From Amphiscolops sp. MND2022 (Eukaryota): a stretch of 64,000 nt of DNA. A program made the position numbers and the translations under genes. The stretch is taken from assembly GCA_964187785.1 (NCBI GenBank), contig OZ076409.1, positions 28,026,001 to 28,090,000 on the forward strand, given 5' to 3'. The notes under the pieces are model-generated. The model saw nothing but the letters and a program-made list of their open reading frames with translations. It made no database searches and had not been told where the DNA came from. Below, piece after piece: positions 46,700 to 60,979 of the stretch; positions within the stretch are counted from its first letter, which is position 1; the number at the start of each line of letters is the position of its first letter.

Positions 46700-47990
46700 G
46701 ACCTACAGCCCTTACACAGAGGACGCAGCTTCGGAATAGGACGCAACTTGTTTTACTTCGTATATAGCTAATGGCTTCAGAGTAAGTTGCAGTACATTTT
46801 TCATTGACTTTTGATGCAAGTCTGGCTATGACTTTTGTGGCTAATTGTCCAGCTCCGCATGTGCAGCCAAATACGAGTGAGTTAAAAGTCCTCTTTTCAA
46901 CGTTGATACTTCTCGACTCATATTTGATCTGTGTTACGTGGAACTTGTATGCCTCGTTGATATTTTTTGGGTAGGTATGACATGGCTAATGAGTTGAAAA
47001 TTTTTGAGTCGAAAAAAGTTCGTTCAAAAACGTGAATCCCAGAGTCCATTGGTTTTAATGTCAGCCTTGCTTCGTCTTCAGTTGACATTGTTTTATGAAC
47101 GAAGGACTCGCCTTCTAACGGCTGTTGCTTCGGCTCGATTTCGACATCGAAACAGACCTTCATGATGACTGCGAAGGTGTCTCGAATTCATCATGTCGCA
47201 TTTGTGTATGACGGCGCTTGTTACGTTGAAGGGAATGTGACAGGCTAAAAGGTTCTCAGTACGGACATTTTGTCAGTATTTCGAGTGGTTGCCAACTATA
47301 GCGCAAAGTTAAACTCGTGGAATTCAGTTTTCCTCATATCAAAGCTTGAGTGGCAGCGAGTTTAGTCAGCTCGAGGCGCCTTTTTCAACAGCAAGATCTA
47401 AAGCGAAGATTGGTTTTCATGAAGTCTATTTTCAAAAATTTTCTAATACTCTTGTGGGTTTCTCTTTCAATTTTTTCATTACAACAGAGTGTTGCAGTTT
47501 CGCGGCCACTCTTTCTAGGCATGACGCCATTTCTCTATACCAATTGATTTCTCGCAGTCGGTCTTCATTCAGGATTATGTTTAACCCTCCGTCTAATCTT
47601 CGATAATTAAGTGCTTGTCTGTCATAGCCGGTATCATTTTTTTTTAATTTTTCGGTTTCTTGAAGATTCTCTAAGATTGCGGGTAAAACGCGGTTTGCGG
47701 GGATGTTTTACCGTTTTTCAACAACACGATGTTCATCGACATTCTTAATTTCACTTGTCGAACAGTTTTCGGCTTGGTTGATGTTCTCAGTTATAATAAT
47801 AATTTTGCATTTCCTTAGTGAGTACCCGAACACGGAGCCGTGTTGTTTCAGCTTATCATGCTCAACATTCAGATTGTCGAGGCTACCTGCAACGATAAGT
47901 TCATGGTAGCGAATAGCGATCAAAAGTAGCGGTTTCATGCTCTGATACTAGACAGCTTGTTTAGCTTCTTCGCGTATGCGATTAGAGCGA
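46700..47990 (-). mobile_element. Degenerate CRE-clade non-LTR retrotransposon, 3' part
   Basis: Minus-strand remnants EKGASS*L, LRYSW, MRHDE, VCFDVEIEP..QPLEGE, EDEARL, RTFFD, FNSLVFG...IARLASK; many frameshifts. Confidence 0.82.
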
Positions 47991-50900
47991 ATGTGATAAA
48001 TTTGGATGGCCTTTTATCAAGTTGAATTGGTGAAATAACGGTATCGAAAAGTTTCGAAACTGACTTTTTGTCTCCGTGCTTTGAACGAATAAAACTGGAA
48101 AAAGTCAATTGGTTTTAAACAAATAAAACTTTTTTTTTGTGTTTTTTTCAAAAAGTTTTTTTCCACCGTGCATTATCACCATGACCTTGTATTGCGTGCT
48201 TGTCTTTTCTCTGGTGTGTATTCTCATGCGTATTCGGTAATGAATAGGCAATTGCCTCTCAACAGGGGTATGACTTCGCTAGCTAGAGAATCGATTCATC
48301 AGTGATAATTTTTATTAGCTGTTTTTCGGATGTGCGCAGAACGATCACTACCCCAGGCGCATGGTTACGCGAAAACTGTGGCATACGTGAAGAGACCGTG
48401 TGAAAGGCACTGGAGTTTAGCGTGAGTTCACCAAAAGCATTAAAAATTCCGTATATGTATACGTCTTAGTTATACCCACAAACAACAGCGCTTCTTGGCA
48501 GTCAGTCAGTTCTCTCACTGAGACGAAAAACATTTTCGCTCTGCGGTTGCAAATCAACTGGAAGTACTGAAAATTTTCTTTCTGATTAGTGATTGCGATT
48601 AGACATGTCCACCTTGCCGGGCAATCCCATTTCAATCCGGTCAGTTCCTATTCAGTTTCGTGGTTAGAATTGTGGCCTCTTAAGACAAAATTGACTTGTA
48701 CAATGAAGAAAATGGAGTGCTTTTCGCATGGTATCTAAAATTTTCTCCATCTGATCAATTTGAATCCTTTCCAAAAATTGAAGATGTCATTTTGGTTGAA
48801 GCCTGGATAATTGTTGGAGCTGAAATTATTTCAATCTAATCGTGTAGACGGCTTGAAAGCCGGTGCATTTTTGATAACAATCAATTTTTCCTCCATCTCG
48901 TTACACATCACATTCCTGACAATATTCCGAAATTGCATGAGAAGTCGGCTGTGTAATTGATTGAAAATAGTCGGCGCATTCTAGTAGAAAATGAGCGCGA
49001 TTGTTACAGTGACAAGTTTTTTTTCGTCAGATAACAATGAATACGTAGTGGATACTTTTCACAGAAACTATTGGGCCACGTGAACAAGCTATGAACGGTA
49101 GAGTAAAACTATCCGGATATAACGTTGCATATTCTGATATAGCGCATTTCCACGAGACTAAAGGGTGTCCCTTTTGATTTTTTTTTCGACTTTCGAATTT
49201 TTTCAATGTCTCCAAAGGGTCCCCTTCAATTTTATTGATATTTTTACAACAAATTGAAAGTTAAAAAGCCCAAAAGGGTCCCCTGTTTACATTTTTTGTC
49301 ATTATGAGACTGTTTCAAATTCAAGTTGCGTTTTAAGTTGCGATTCACTAAAGAGGAGGTGGAGGTTCGAAGATATTGCGCTCTCCGAATTTTTGACGTT
49401 ATTTCCGAACTACATTGCGTTTTACTAAAGAGCAGGCGGGCGGAGGTTCAAAACAAGCGCTCCCATCTGGCCCAGCACGCTATATCCGAACGTTTAAAGC
49501 GTTTTCCGAGCACGAAAGGCACCCTTTGGTTGTTTCGACACTTTTTTGTGAGTTTTTCATTGAAAATAGTTATGAGCATATTTTAACTTTTTCAGCGGGA
49601 CAAATTGTTCAAAAATGACAGTTCTTTGTGTGATTGGATATGATTTTGGAACATGACATATTTCGGGAAAAAACGTGGCTGAGTTGGCAATTTTTTTACA
49701 TAGAAATATGGGTGGAAAATAATAAAATTGGGAAATTTAGTTGATGGCCTTATTAATCATTGCTTTCTCAACCTGTGAATAAAGTACGCTCTAAGTCATT
49801 TTTGAACAGTGGTATATTCATCATAGAAGAGTCTCAAAATGTTCAAATAACCTTTGCCAACATCCGTTGTATTGGAAGCCAGTTTTGTGTTAAATTGAAG
49901 CCATTGAGCTTTTCTAGATATGTCAGTTTGTAAAAAAAGGAAACCCAGATTATATTGGGTGTTGCCAAGGGGAAGTGACGTTTTTTAACTACCTTGCGTT
50001 AGTTTGATTACAAGATTGACGGGTTTTAATCGTCGTATTTCTCTCCACCAATCAAACTTCCTTTCTATTTACCCTGGGGTGGGTGAATCTGACTTGATTT
50101 CCTCCGCCTTCGCTTCCTATGTTTTCTTCAACGGTAGTACTAAATTCATGTAATGAGAAAAACAGAACTACAAAAAGCACCAAATAAGAACAAGGAACCA
50201 CTTTTCCTGTTAATACTTCCATATGCGTTTTTTATCCCTGGTATCTTCTGTAGACGCGTTTGTTATCCACCCATGTAATGTTGCATCTTTTCGTATGTTT
50301 TTATCAGTTAATTGAGTTGAATCCTTCCAGCTTAAATGTCCTTGTCTTGTAATGATGTCAATTTGCCAGACCAGCTCAAGAATTCAACCCGAATTTGTTC
50401 ACCTTTCTTTCTTCATATTCATTTGTGATGCAAACGCCAAGACTTTGTGGCCGCGGATGTCATTTAGCACTCAGGCAACGAAGCCATCTAACGCTGTTCT
50501 TTTTGACAAAGCACCGTGAATAGAGAAAAAACTTGAAATGTTGAATTTTGTGCTACCGGCACCTCCGTTGTCTCGCTTTTGCTTCCTCTTCCTTCATTCA
50601 TTCAATATTACATTCAGTCAGCAGTTGCCACCGCCGTCGTTTCAACTTTTTAAAAATCTCCTCTATTCACCAGTACTGAAAATTATTACACTGCACTTAG
50701 CCGTTTATACACTTTATGCCGCTCTTCCAGCGAGCCCTTTTCCAACAAAAGCATTCCATCTTTTGAGTGTCAGTGTTCAGGCTCCGCTATTGTCCATTTT
50801 AACAAGTCTTTGGTTTGGTGCACAAATATTTCTCCAATTTTCCAAGGACGTTTTCATCGAGTTTCCCATGAATTTATAATTGCTTGCCATTAGTCTGTGT

Positions 50901-51337
50901 AAAAATGCACATACTAATGACTAATTACGCCATTTCCCATCATAAAACTCTTTCTCAATCGTAAATCCATTACCAAACCCTTGGGTTGAAAAAAAGTAGA
51001 TTCCAAGTAGCCTCTGATTTCTGGAACTCATTTGGATTGGGCGAAATGTTCGCATTATTTTTCAGACTTTGCCACTATCAAGCCATTTTCAATTCAATTT
51101 TGCTGTTATTCCTATTGAGGTCGGATTATGTCTCATGGTCGCAAGGTTTTTCAGAACTCCCAAGATTTTCGCGAAAAGCACTGTGGTTTTTCTCTAGTTT
51201 TGATTGCAGTATGATAGCACTTTTTAAAGCAGTATGACAAGATGTCTACCTGTTACATATACGAAATTTTGGCTTCAGAACTAAAATAATTAAGGAAAAA
51301 GAAAAAAAATTAAGGAACAGCCATAATTTGTCTTTGA

Positions 51338-51422
51338 CATTGTTCGAGATTCTCATTGACTGATTACATCAAACATTCCCGGAATGTTTGATGTAATCAG
51401 TCAATGAGAATCTCGAACAATG
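51338..51422. repeat. Perfect 42-bp inverted repeat with 1-nt spacer
   Basis: CATTGTTCGAGATTCTCATTGACTGATTACATCAAACATTCC-C-reverse complement. Confidence 0.95.
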
Positions 51423-51499
51423 GGGGCCCGATGGTGCTTCCTGATGGTTACATAAAGAAGTCAATAATCCCCAAGACTTAGTTCTCTATATATCCAAAC

Positions 51500-52188
51500 T
51501 TATTACACTTGCGATAAGCAAGTGTTATGGGAAAGTGCGGGTGCTTTTTTTCCGGGCGACAACTTTCTCATTTCAGCCCGCAAGTCGTATAGTTCAGGCG
51601 TTCGTGGTCTAGTGGTAAGATGCTTGCTTTTCAATCCTGAGGGTTCGCGTTCGAACCCGTGCGTATGCGCTAATTTTTTTACAACTACTCCGAAGCAGAA
51701 GGTTCTCACTTTTTTCGGCACTATGAGACTTTCCCCCATTTTTGGCTTTGAGATACTTTTTTCGAAAATTTTTTGAAGACTCCAAAGGGTCCCCTTCAAT
51801 TTTTTGAAAATTTACGAGAATGGATATTTAAAAATCTCAAAGGGCCCCTTTCTAGAGTTTTTGGCATTGTGAGATTTTTCAAAAGGAATCACTTTCGTTT
51901 TGAAATTAGGTTTTCTCAGGCCCAGCACGCTATATCCGATTTTTGTTTTTTTTCAAGGTGTTTTTTCCATGCGACTTTTAAAATTTGTTTTCACCGAATC
52001 CCCTCCTCAATTTTTACCAGAAACGAAACATTTTGCGAGCGTTAAGGACTCTTCAAGGTTTTCGGCACTATGCGACTTACCGGAGACCATCAAAAAAATT
52101 TCGAAAAAAAAATTTCCTCCATTTTCTGTTTCGCAAGTGTTCTTCAAAAGTTCGCAAGTGTTTGCGAAGCACAGCTTCACCTCTGTGT
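51500..52188 (+). mobile_element. HINE/Helentron-like element family A
   Basis: Same 5' hairpin, tRNA-like segment (51598-51669) and 3' CGCAAGTGT subTIR plus stem-loop as 8845-9859. Confidence 0.75.
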
Positions 52189-52398
52189 CAAAAGTGCTGC
52201 CTCTGTGTTACATGTAGCGAAATTATGGCCGTGGAGAGTTTCGATTTTTCATGCACGTGTAAATACTGAGTGCATCGAATCTTGGCAGTGCAATCAGTAG
52301 GCAATTTAAACTTTGAAGATAAATGAAACCCAATTAAAATTGATTATGGAGTAGTCAAAAAATGAAATCTTTGATCGTTAGCGGAATCTCCATCTTAA

Positions 52399-52788
52399 CC
52401 CTAATGAACCTAGTGGTGCTTTAAAGCAGCCTACCTTTTTTCCAAATTCTGACGTTGACGAAATCCAGTTTTCTCAAAAGTCTGTGATCAATAGAAAAGA
52501 CCAACCACATACCCTTCCACAGCAAGTCCTGGTGCAACAAACCCCCATAATATTTTGTTGTTACTACAAGCCCCCGCGCAGCGGCGGTACCGGAAAAAGA
52601 CTAAAATTCTAAAGGAAGGGACGCGTGGCGACAGAGGCTCACCTGACCAAAATGAAAGCCCAATACCAGAGCTTTCAAACGCGCTATAGTTCGTTCCTCT
52701 GGTATACGTAGTTGTGGAGATATTGATGATTTAAAATTTTTTAATCAAACTTTTTGAAAATTTTAAAAAACGCCCAGGTCAATTGGGG
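52399..52788. mobile_element. piggyBac-like MITE
   Basis: TTAA|CCCTAATGAACC ... GGTCAATTGGGG|TTAA; related copy at about 36241-37474. Confidence 0.7.
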
Positions 52789-53059
52789 TTAATACAGAGG
52801 GAGGCATTGTTGCCGTTCTATGACATCACGTCCAAGGACAATAGGCCGCCCAAGGACACTACACCCACAACAATTTAAAAGTTTGCATGTAAAATTGTTG
52901 AGCGTAATTTCTTTGGGCGTAATGCCCGGACACCGTTCTTGCATACTGCCGTGTTATTAGTCACAGAAGTTTCAGATGAATACGAATGTACACAAGATGA
53001 AGTTTTCTTTCTTCTTTTAAAAATATTTCTCTTGACAAACTTTTCTCGATACTTGTAAA

Positions 53060-53649
53060 AACAAGCCGGGAACGACCCAAGTCGGCGTCATGTATAAGGC
53101 TCAATGATATTCAAGGAAAAACTCAGCCTATTTTGAAATTTTTCATTTATCACACAGTGCCGAAAAATCCCGAAAGGGTTTTCCCCGAAACTCGAAAACA
53201 GTTTTTTTCTGCATCAGAAACATCAGAAAAAAAAACTATTTTGCCTTTGAGAAAAATTAAAATTTTTCAAAAATATTTGGCAAAAAAGTCGCATAATGCC
53301 GAAAAACCCAAAAAGAGACACATTAGGCTCAATAAACATTTTTTACAAACCAACAACTTCAAAAATTCAAGGGGGTACCCTTTGATGGAATTCAAAAATT
53401 TTCGGAAAGTCGCATAGTGCCGAAAAAAAATCGGAAGGGGGACCCTTTGGTGTACCCTCTACTTTTGGAAACAATAAAAAACTTGTGGTTTAGTGCGAGA
53501 CTCGAACCCTACGTTCTTCTGAAAGTCTCAAGCTTCTGGATGTCTGAACAGAAAAAGTCTGAATGAACAGAAAAAGTGGACCGATCGCGTTGAACTGACG
53601 AAAAAAAACTGTAAGAGTCGTGCATTTTCTTCGAAAACGCCGACTAAAA
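53060..53649 (-). mobile_element. HINE family B copy
   Basis: Family B termini; B-box-like GTTCGAGTCTCGCACTAAAC on the minus strand. Confidence 0.72.
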
Positions 53650-55282
53650 ATGGAGCGTTCCAAAAATTATCAAACGAAGGTTGCATTCCCTTTTCTCTCT
53701 GTAAATGACTGTAAGTGAGAGTCATTCGCTTTGTTATGCTGTCAGGTTTTCCAATTAATATGTTACTTATTTTACCAAGTACAAGACGTAGTGTATGTAC
53801 CTAAAATTGAAAATTGGAGCACGAAATTAAAGTCATTTTCTCTGGTCATTTTTGGTAGTACGTTTTTCCCCATTTTTCCTAGATTTTTACTAACCGATAT
53901 GTTGTCGTTACAAATTATACCAAATTCAATCATTGCAGACCTGAAATTTCGTTATACGTAATTGTGCGTTCATATTTCGAGAAAAACTTCTGAATATTGA
54001 GCTAAAAGCAATTGAAAATGTCTTTTATATGAGCTTATCTTGAGCTTTCATCCTTAATCGCTCTTGGCAAGGCAAGTCTGATATCTCAAAAGTGAAGGTT
54101 ATATCAGACTCGTTTCAGTATTCTTTTGCTTCAAGCACTTACCTGTAATCATTAAAAGTAGCTTCTCTCGAAATAGACGAAGGTCATGGTCAAAAAATCA
54201 TTCCATTTTTCTAAGAGGATGCTAGTGAACGAACACACTGATCCCAGGCTTACCATTAGAACAATTCTACTAAAAAAAGGGATACTCCATTATTTCTGTT
54301 TGTCTTGCTAATCAATTCTTTATTCGTCATTACATGAAAGAGTTGTGCAGTAATTTGTCCTCACATTTGAGATAAAAAATTATCAGTATTGTAAACATAC
54401 CAGTGTTTGACTAGGCATCGGCAACTTCTAATAATGACTGCAGTGCTTGCTACCATTCTTATCTCCCTAAAAAACACCTTAGTTGCGTTTAAAATAGCAA
54501 GGCCTCCCATGTACTACATTCTATAAATTTTCTACACTTTGAAAGTTTTTCTTTTTAATAAACTAAGTTCCATTTATTGGATATGCTACGGTTCAATGTG
54601 GATGAATTACTTGAAAATTGACGAAATAACAGTTTTTTCTCTTATGATAACATGAATCTGTCATACATTGGTTGTTCTTCCTCAAGGTTTTTTCATACCT
54701 TTACTGAAAAACAATTGATTGTTGTTGACACGTGTAGTAACAATTTTCCGATCAAGTTAGTTTCACTTCCAATAAGGAATGTTAAGTTTCGCCTGCTTAT
54801 GATGGAAGCAGACTCATACTATGTTCGGAAAAATTTGTTTACGTAGTAAATCAACACTTATAAAAGTCATGATCATGCAAAAATTTTGTGGCAAATATCC
54901 AAATATGGAAACACGATTTATAATAAACTTAATCAAATAATTAGAACTACTTATCAGGATTGATTGAAATCACCAGAAAAAGGCCGCTTTTTCCATGTTG
55001 ATGAAATATTTGACCTATGAGTTGAGTTTTCGACTAAACCTCACTTTTTGTAAGTGCAGGCGCTACAATATGACGTGAACAAAAAGTCCGGACATTGAAG
55101 TTCTATACGTTTTTTTTAGTCGGCACATTTTCCCTTCAGGAAAAAGCCAGACTATTACAGTGATTTTTTCGTCAGAAACAGAATGTATGCGTAGTGGACA
55201 CTTTTTACAGAAACCACTAAAACTGCTAAACTAGTGTACCAGCGAAAACGCATCTAAGGTAGTGCAAAGGGTCCCCCTCTCA

Positions 55283-55660
55283 TTTTTAGTCGGCGCTTCA
55301 TGAAGTGAAACGCGACTATTATAGTGACTATTTTTCAATTCTCAAAAGTTCTCATCTAGTTCTCAAAAGTTCTACAAAATTTCATGGTCCCAAATTGAAT
55401 CATTTGGCCTAGCGAACTGAACCAAAAAGGTTTTCCCTCTTTTTCCGCGTAACAATACCGGGAGAGACTAAAGGGTCTCTCCCGGTATTGTTACGCGGAA
55501 AAAGAGGGAAAACCTTTTTGGTTCAGTTCCCTAGGCCAATTGATTCAATTAGACACCATAAAATTTCGTAGAACTTTGTAGAAGTAATTTGGTCAGTTCG
55601 TGTGGATTTAAAAAGTCACTAGTTGAGTCGCGTTTCACTTCATGAAGCGCCGACTAAAAA
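55283..55660. repeat. Foldback made of two HINE-B 5' halves in inverted orientation
   Basis: TAGTCGGCGCTTCATGAAGTGAAACGCGACT at both outer ends; perfect 55-bp arms 55414-55468 / 55475-55529. Confidence 0.85.
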
Positions 55661-58600
55661 ACCAACCCTGCGTGACAGACAGAACCACTCGATGTTCATG
55701 AGAAATTGGTGTTTCTTTTCGAGAGAGTTTTTCTCCATGTTTTCCTATTGTATGGCATGTTTCGGATATGAGACACCCACTCAGTTTTTGCCCTAAAATA
55801 AACTCCCGAATATAAGGCGTAATTTTCTTTCACTGCCAAAAGTCCTCGCCTTGTATCTTCTAATATTTGTTCACTTCCATCTTTGTACGAACTATGAAAA
55901 CTTCTGCAGAAGTTTACCTATAACACGTCTCTATGTACTATGATTAATATTTCGTTTGCGATCTAAGTTTTTCCTTTTTGCGTAATATAGAAACAATCTT
56001 GATTAGGTTTCTTCTTATCTTGGGATTCATCGTTGTCCACTAATTACCCTGTCAAACTTTGAGGTCCTCAGTGTTTACACGACCGAAGAAAATAAGAAAA
56101 TCCGTAATTTCCAGTTTAGTCTCCGGTACATGTAATAAGATTAAGTATATATTCAAGACTTCGGTTTGTGATCATCTTTTTACGTGTCAGTAGAGAGCTC
56201 TGAGTTTTCGAGAGCAGTTAGTCAATGATATTTAGACTCTCAAATTGGATTTACAATATTAAATGTAAATATTTTTAGTTGCAGACTTGTCTCCTACTGG
56301 TGGCAAGACTTCCTAAATAAAACCTGACCAGTTAACTGGTTAACCGATTAATTGTCGGAATGGATTTCAAAATATCTAACCGGACAAACCAAAGATAATG
56401 TGAGTTAGACCCGAGCCCAACTGATTAACGGATGCTATGTGGAATAGTCTAAAAATAAACTGAAGTACAAAGAAACGTTTCCACTTTTGGTTCTGTATTT
56501 TAACCAATTTCGGTCATTTTCTGATCAATATTAAAATTCGCTCTTTGAACGATTAATTGATCAAGATAAAATTCTAACTGGTCATGGCTGCTGTTATCCA
56601 TAATAAAAGGGGTATAAACTAATCAAAACTTCGAAACTTTTTATCTATCGAAGTTTTCAGAAGTCCGCAAAATCATAAAGCGTTCCAAACTTTTGTACCA
56701 AACAGTGGTTCCATTCTTTCATCACAGGACCGTGCTTGTACACTACGAAGACATGATAGCCACCATGGAAAAGTCATGAATGGGCATTGTGAATTTTCAA
56801 GACACTGAAGATTCTCACGTTCAGTCTGAAAGAACCTCTTGACAGTTTTAAAGTCTTCATTAACTCACATCTGTTGTCTATAGTAATAGAGGTGCCTGTT
56901 CACTCGTGAAAATTGTACCAACAGTTGTCATAAGTTGCCGTCAGGCTAATAAGTATGTGGTAGTATTTTTATCGGATCTGGTACACGTATATTTCTATTG
57001 GGAAAATGCTGTTTAATTTCTAACCAAACCAAAAGCATTTCAGTTTCAATATAGCATACAATTGCTGTATTAGTATACAATGTTGATCTGTTCTGTTTGT
57101 GTACAGTTCTGTTTGTTGTGAACCCGGTAAAAACTCAAAATTAGCAGTCGCTGATGCAACTTCTTGCTTCTATTAGTTTGGCTCAAGCCTCTTGAAATAT
57201 TGACTGATTTTTTAAACGACACTCGGACGTATCATTATCATTATCAAGATAATGAATTATATCTAGCTATTAGTTTTCAGGAGTTGAAAAAATTTTTCGA
57301 CTACTTATGCACTCGTAGCTTTTTTCTCCCGACCTTTCAATGAAAATTTCAACTTTCTCAAAAACTTTCCATACGATTTGAACGAAATTAGACTCTCTCG
57401 AAATAAAATACGTCTTTTGTATTTCAATATTTAAACTGTTTCCGTCCTTTACCACACATGCGGCTCTAGTTACATTTCACGTGAGAGGATGTACAGAGCA
57501 TGTAGATGTGATAGGCAAAGCTTTCGAACCATAAAGGTTCGGGCACGAAAAAATTATTTGTCTACATCGTTTCCATATACTGTTTTCAACTTTGTTCGTT
57601 AACCCAGATTCTGAAACATTTCAAAGGTTTTTCGTGTACTTACCACATTATTTTAAACTTGTGGCTTCAAAGTCTTTTATATTGATATATTTTCGACATA
57701 CTTTCTGAAAACCTTGTTTTGAAAGGTGTAATTGAAAGCGTGTTTTTGAATTAAATGCCAGATTTTAAGGTATTAGCTTACGTCCTGGCGTGACGGCATA
57801 TCTCTATTTCAGTCTCAATGTCATTTTTCCGTCCTTCGTAAATTATGGAAAATCCTGGATAATTACCTGAAACGGCGGCGCGATCGGAAATTTATTCTGG
57901 CTTAGTATTAGCAGTGGGTAAACACTTCAAAGCAACTTTGTTTCGCCATGCATTACTGGCTCTGGTCCTTTGACAAATAGCTTGGAGTCAATATTTTGGT
58001 TGGCTCCTTAAGTAGCCGGACTCTGGAATATGTACAGCACAGATGAATACACCACGCCGTTTGCGCTCTGGTTTCTATATTACTGAGCTGAAAGAAAACT
58101 TGTCTGGTTTGTTCATCTGGAAGTGTTTTGAAGTTTTATTGTTCACAAGTTTGTTTGGTCATGTCTTGAGTGTCTTATTTTTTCTAAAATACTTATATTG
58201 GAAAGTAAGTAAGCTCTGAATTGTCTCATATAGATCCATTTTCGGCGGTCCTTGTGGCCTCTGTTGTTCTGTGTAAACTGGTGTTTCATTACTAAAAGAT
58301 AGTAACAGCGCTTTATTTTGTTCTGCTTCTACGCTTGTTGATTCCACCACATTCTTCGGCTGTACTTTTGTGGGAGGTTTCTGGTGTTCTTTTAATTTAT
58401 GATATTAATGTTATTTTGTGGTACAAACCAAATCCTTTGTCTCAGACCTATCTTAGTTCAGCTTATCTGCCATTAAACTTATTTGTTCACTTATCATACC
58501 AATGTGAACACAGATGAAATGCTGTTAGTTCCATCGTTTTTCCTATTTGTTCAGAACTTAACACAAAAAACAACAACGCAATATCAGGATGGTAACAACC

Positions 58601-60979
58601 AACGACTGAATAATAGCACAACTAAACATGAGAAGTGAAGATTAATTTATGTTGTGTTCTAAATTCAAAACTACATGAATTCATTCTTCCATCGTCGTTA
58701 GTAAAATAGCTGCCGTTGATGGTATTCTAAATTTTTCGACGCGGCTCAACCAATAACACCACTGCTTTCTTTCTCTGAGGTGATAGAGCAGTTTGCTATT
58801 CTTACTATACCTATTTTCTGGAAGCCGGCCCATGCTAGCTGTTCGAATGGAAGAAGCGACGGTAGCTTATCTCTAGTTGAATAAATTTTATCGCCAGTTG
58901 CATTGCTTCCTCAGTTTTATTTCATTTTTTTTCTTTTTCCTTCTCCACTTTAACCAAGTTGATTACAATCCATATTCTGCTCAAAAGTCGCCGCCGTCGC
59001 GCTAATGGCTGAACTACTTGTCAGTCTTGTAGTATTCAATTATTGCGGCAGATTATAATACTCTTTTGCTTGCTTTATTAATTGAGACAAACTCGCCCCT
59101 GAATTTCTATCTTCAGCTCCTCAGCATATCTACCTGTTGTGATATTAGCTGCACTGACTTGTATTCATAACGTTGTAATCCCATCGCTGAGAAACTTGAC
59201 TGGTGCGTCGGAACCCAATCTAAATGTATGCAAATAATATAGATTTATATTCCATTCATTTCGTTTCATCTGATCATTCATTTACTTCTGGGTTGGGAAT
59301 TCAACCCAGCATTTTCCTACCTTGTTTCCACAACGGAAGCCACAGCTCTTGACATTATCGTATCTTCATTTCAACAATCTTGCAGCAGCCGCCGTAGTCG
59401 TCTTTGCTTTGTTATTATATCATTAATGTTAGCTAAACTTGCTTCTAATAAATGTATAGTTCAAGTGCAGCTTTAACTAGTACCTGCTCCTCTGCCGCGA
59501 CCTTCGCGTTTCAAGTACCACCCCCTGAGTGGCCATAGGAGAAAATGCCGGATTGGGGCTTCGAAGTGGGTGTCAACACAGCATCTTGGTTCAAACGTGG
59601 TTGCTCTAATTCCGCAAACATGAACCATCATCAAACACTTACCATTCTCAACCCCAATATTATTAGCAGTGTTGTACATTTCCATTGCTTTCTTCGTTGT
59701 CAGTCAAAAATTAACGCTTTTCTTGAATTAACACGTCATTTTATAAAACGAGAAAAACCTTTCAATGATAAAGTTAATGATTTCGTATCTGATATCGCTC
59801 CGCAAATTCTGTCAAAAAGTGATTTTTTGAAGAATTATGACGACGCAGGTTGAGAAAAAATAGAATCACTGTGAAAGCTTAGCAAATGTACACCACTTAT
59901 ACTCGCAGCAGTACCTTCTCTATCCACTGCTCCCAAAAACGCGTCCAGTACCAATGGGGCCGTCATCACGTTAAATGGACGTGGTCCCCCCAGAGGTCAC
60001 GACCCCTCCACCCAGAACAGTATTATCACTGCACCTCCGGGGGAACAATCATTCAGGGCATCGGGACTACGTTACACTCTGCGCTTCATGTTCCAAATCC
60101 TCATTTTGGCCCTCACTTTTTCCAACATCAGTTTCCAGTTCAAAGCGTTCGCTCACTTGCAGCGGGAGTTCGATTTCTTCCTCTGCAAATACGCCGTCAT
60201 TTCTCTTTTCATTGCCGTCGGAGTTTTTGGGCTACATCTAGGTTGCGTAGAGAACCACTGGTTAAGGATGAATATAGAAAAAATGACATTTTTCAGGACC
60301 CAAATTATCAATGTCCATCTTGGACCAATGATTTAAACGTCCAGCCTGCAGAAATGAGAAATTGTAAAAGTGTATCATGTTAATTTGTGAATCCAAGAAA
60401 TTTTTGCAAATGACCTTCATTTTTGTCTTTTTGGGAACTATTTATTACCTGGTAAGTTCCGATCTTTAAAAACTCATCAACTTCAGAACATGCTGAATTC
60501 TATTGACAACGTTACAATTTCCACTCCTATGTCCTGAATAGCCTTGATACATATATTTCATGAAATCCCACTTTTTAGGAATCTAGCTACATAAAAAAAT
60601 CTAGCTGTATTTTTAGTCGGCTCTTTGTTGGCAGAGAGAGTCGTGACTCTTGTTACAATATTTACTTTATCCAGCCTTTGTATTATTTTTGTAAACTTGC
60701 CGTTGCGCATATACAAATCATCCAAGGGGTCTCTCTTTGATGATTGCTCTATTAATAAAGGTTCATAGGAAAACTAGAAGAGACAAAAGCGCTCTTTTCA
60801 TTTTTTATTTTCCGTCCATATTTCATATGGAAAAGGAAAATGTTTAAATCAAACGGTTTTTTTAAAAATTTGCCAAGCACCAAATTTATATCCAAGCTAA
60901 AGCGTTTCACCCATAGAATTCAACTGACGTGAAATTAGTATCATGCGGTATGTATTTGTAGAGACCTGTGGGCTTTTTT

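Noticed and set aside
56279..56316. Possible terminal FRMD4 exon (ADLSPTGGKTS-stop, phase 1)
   Set aside because: Too short and unconserved to distinguish from chance.
58900..60380. Possible minus-strand gene or pseudogene fragments (acidic stretch about 60070-60230)
   Set aside because: No phase-consistent exon chain, stops in the candidate frames, and no recognisable domain.
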